A stretch of 64,000 bases of DNA from a virus (taxonomy: Duplodnaviria > Caudoviricetes), in the IMG/VR virus record IMGVR_UViG_3300031994_000023, positions 77,780 through 141,779 of that record, one strand, 5' to 3'. The position numbers and the translations under genes are program-made. Position 1 is the first letter of the stretch; every line of letters begins with the position of its first letter. Positions 63,118 through 64,000 of the stretch are shown here, piece after piece. The notes below the pieces were generated by a model that searched no databases, was not told the origin of the DNA, and worked only from the letters and a program-made list of their open reading frames with translations.

Positions 63118-63168
63118 TATAATACTTGTGGTATAATATATAATATGTATCCATTACTATATAAAAGA
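63118..63168 (-). promoter_or_regulatory. Repeated viral promoter cassette
   Basis: Minus strand TTTTATATAGTAATGGATACATATTATATATTATACCACAAGTATTATA. Confidence 0.7.
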
Positions 63169-63365
63169 TTCTATAAAAACAAAAAAACAAAAAAACACTA
63201 AATCATGTATACCAAATGACTAATTTTTAGGATAAAAAGGAGGTTCTATTGTTAAACAACATCCCATCATTAATAAAATGAAAACATGAGACGTATTTAT
63301 ATAAAATTATTCATTGTAATTTTATTTAAAATGGTGGTGGATATGGTTCTATTCTATCATGAATT

Positions 63366-63420
63366 AAAAACATTTATATATTATTCAATACATATTATAG
63401 TATATACCATAGGTATAAAG
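63366..63420 (+). promoter_or_regulatory. Repeated viral promoter cassette (divergent partner)
   Basis: CATTTATATATTATTCAATACATATTATAGTATATACCATAGGTATA followed by AGGAG RBS. Confidence 0.6.
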
Positions 63421-63558
63421 GAGACAAAAATCATGATAGAAATAATAGACGACATCGGGATAACCACAATACATACCCCAAACCTTATAACATACATAAC
63501 AACATTAACAATATTCTTAATAACGGTATACTTAACCGTAATATAGGAGGACAAAAAA

Positions 63559-63873
63559 ATGAACCAAAATTTAAACGAATTAAACGAATTAATAACCCAA
63601 TTAGACAAAAAAGGCAAAGAATTAAACACAATAAAAGCCACAATACGAGAAAAAGAATTCCAAATAAAAACCAACAAATTAAACTTAGAATTCGATAAAG
63701 AATTCACAGAAGGTTTAAAAGTCAAAGAAATACCACACAAAATACACAATTACTTATTAGATGACCTAGATGGTCTCTGCCTTTTAAAAGAACAACGAGA
63801 CAATCTAGAACACGAATATTTAATATTGAAACTAAAAATAAATTACTTAGAACGAGTAATCGACAACCAATAA
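63559..63873 (+). CDS. Hypothetical coiled-coil protein
   Basis: 104 aa, AGGAGG RBS. Confidence 0.65.
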   Translation: MNQNLNELNELITQLDKKGKELNTIKATIREKEFQIKTNKLNLEFDKEFTEGLKVKEIPHKIHNYLLDDLDGLCLLKEQRDNLEHEYLILKLKINYLERVIDNQ

Positions 63874-64000
63874 ACCCCCCCCCCCACATCATTTTATAGG
63901 AGGACAAAAAAATGAACATAGAAAAAATAGAAAACAATATAAAAACCAATTTAACAGACGAAAGCGTGATAATCTACGGATTAACCCTATACATATTAAA

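Noticed and set aside
1-64000. CRISPR array
   Set aside because: No regularly spaced repeat-spacer run; the repeats seen are dispersed promoter cassettes or coding leaders.

Overview
A 64-kb segment of a large, AT-rich tailed dsDNA virus (Caudoviricetes) of an archaeon, most likely a Methanobacteriales host. The host call is inferred from an archaeal Hjc, an archaeal-type NrdD, TATA-box promoters and GGAGG/GGTGA ribosome-binding sites. The left ~31 kb is the packaging region: portal, large and small terminase, Hjc, a putative lysis pair and a DNA-modification arsenal (QueC, TGT/DpdA-like, two ParB-N proteins, Mom-like GNAT, C5 and N6 methyltransferases, radical SAM). Interleaved with these are 22 otherwise diverse genes whose products all begin M-[AST]-S-K. 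Their cargo domains are seven HExxH zincin proteases, two ADP-ribosyltransferase-like proteins, one GNAT-like protein and acidic or coiled-coil proteins. Four of the proteases are paired tail-to-tail with a family of ~100-aa opposite-strand genes. This looks like an undescribed peptide-tag-directed, virion-loaded polymorphic effector/inhibitor system (inference). The right ~33 kb is an early/accessory region of small ORFs behind a repeated promoter cassette. It includes an AcrIII-1-like ring nuclease, a Tad2-like domain, DUF2958, YhhQ, a ferredoxin and NrdD. Non-coding highlights: a tRNA-Gly-like gene with an 8-nt anticodon loop, a ~330-nt RNA candidate closed by a perfect tRNA acceptor stem and T-arm, a type-I-TA-like structured locus, and repeated local GT-to-AC strand-skew flips. 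All family assignments are by motif recognition only; no searches were run.
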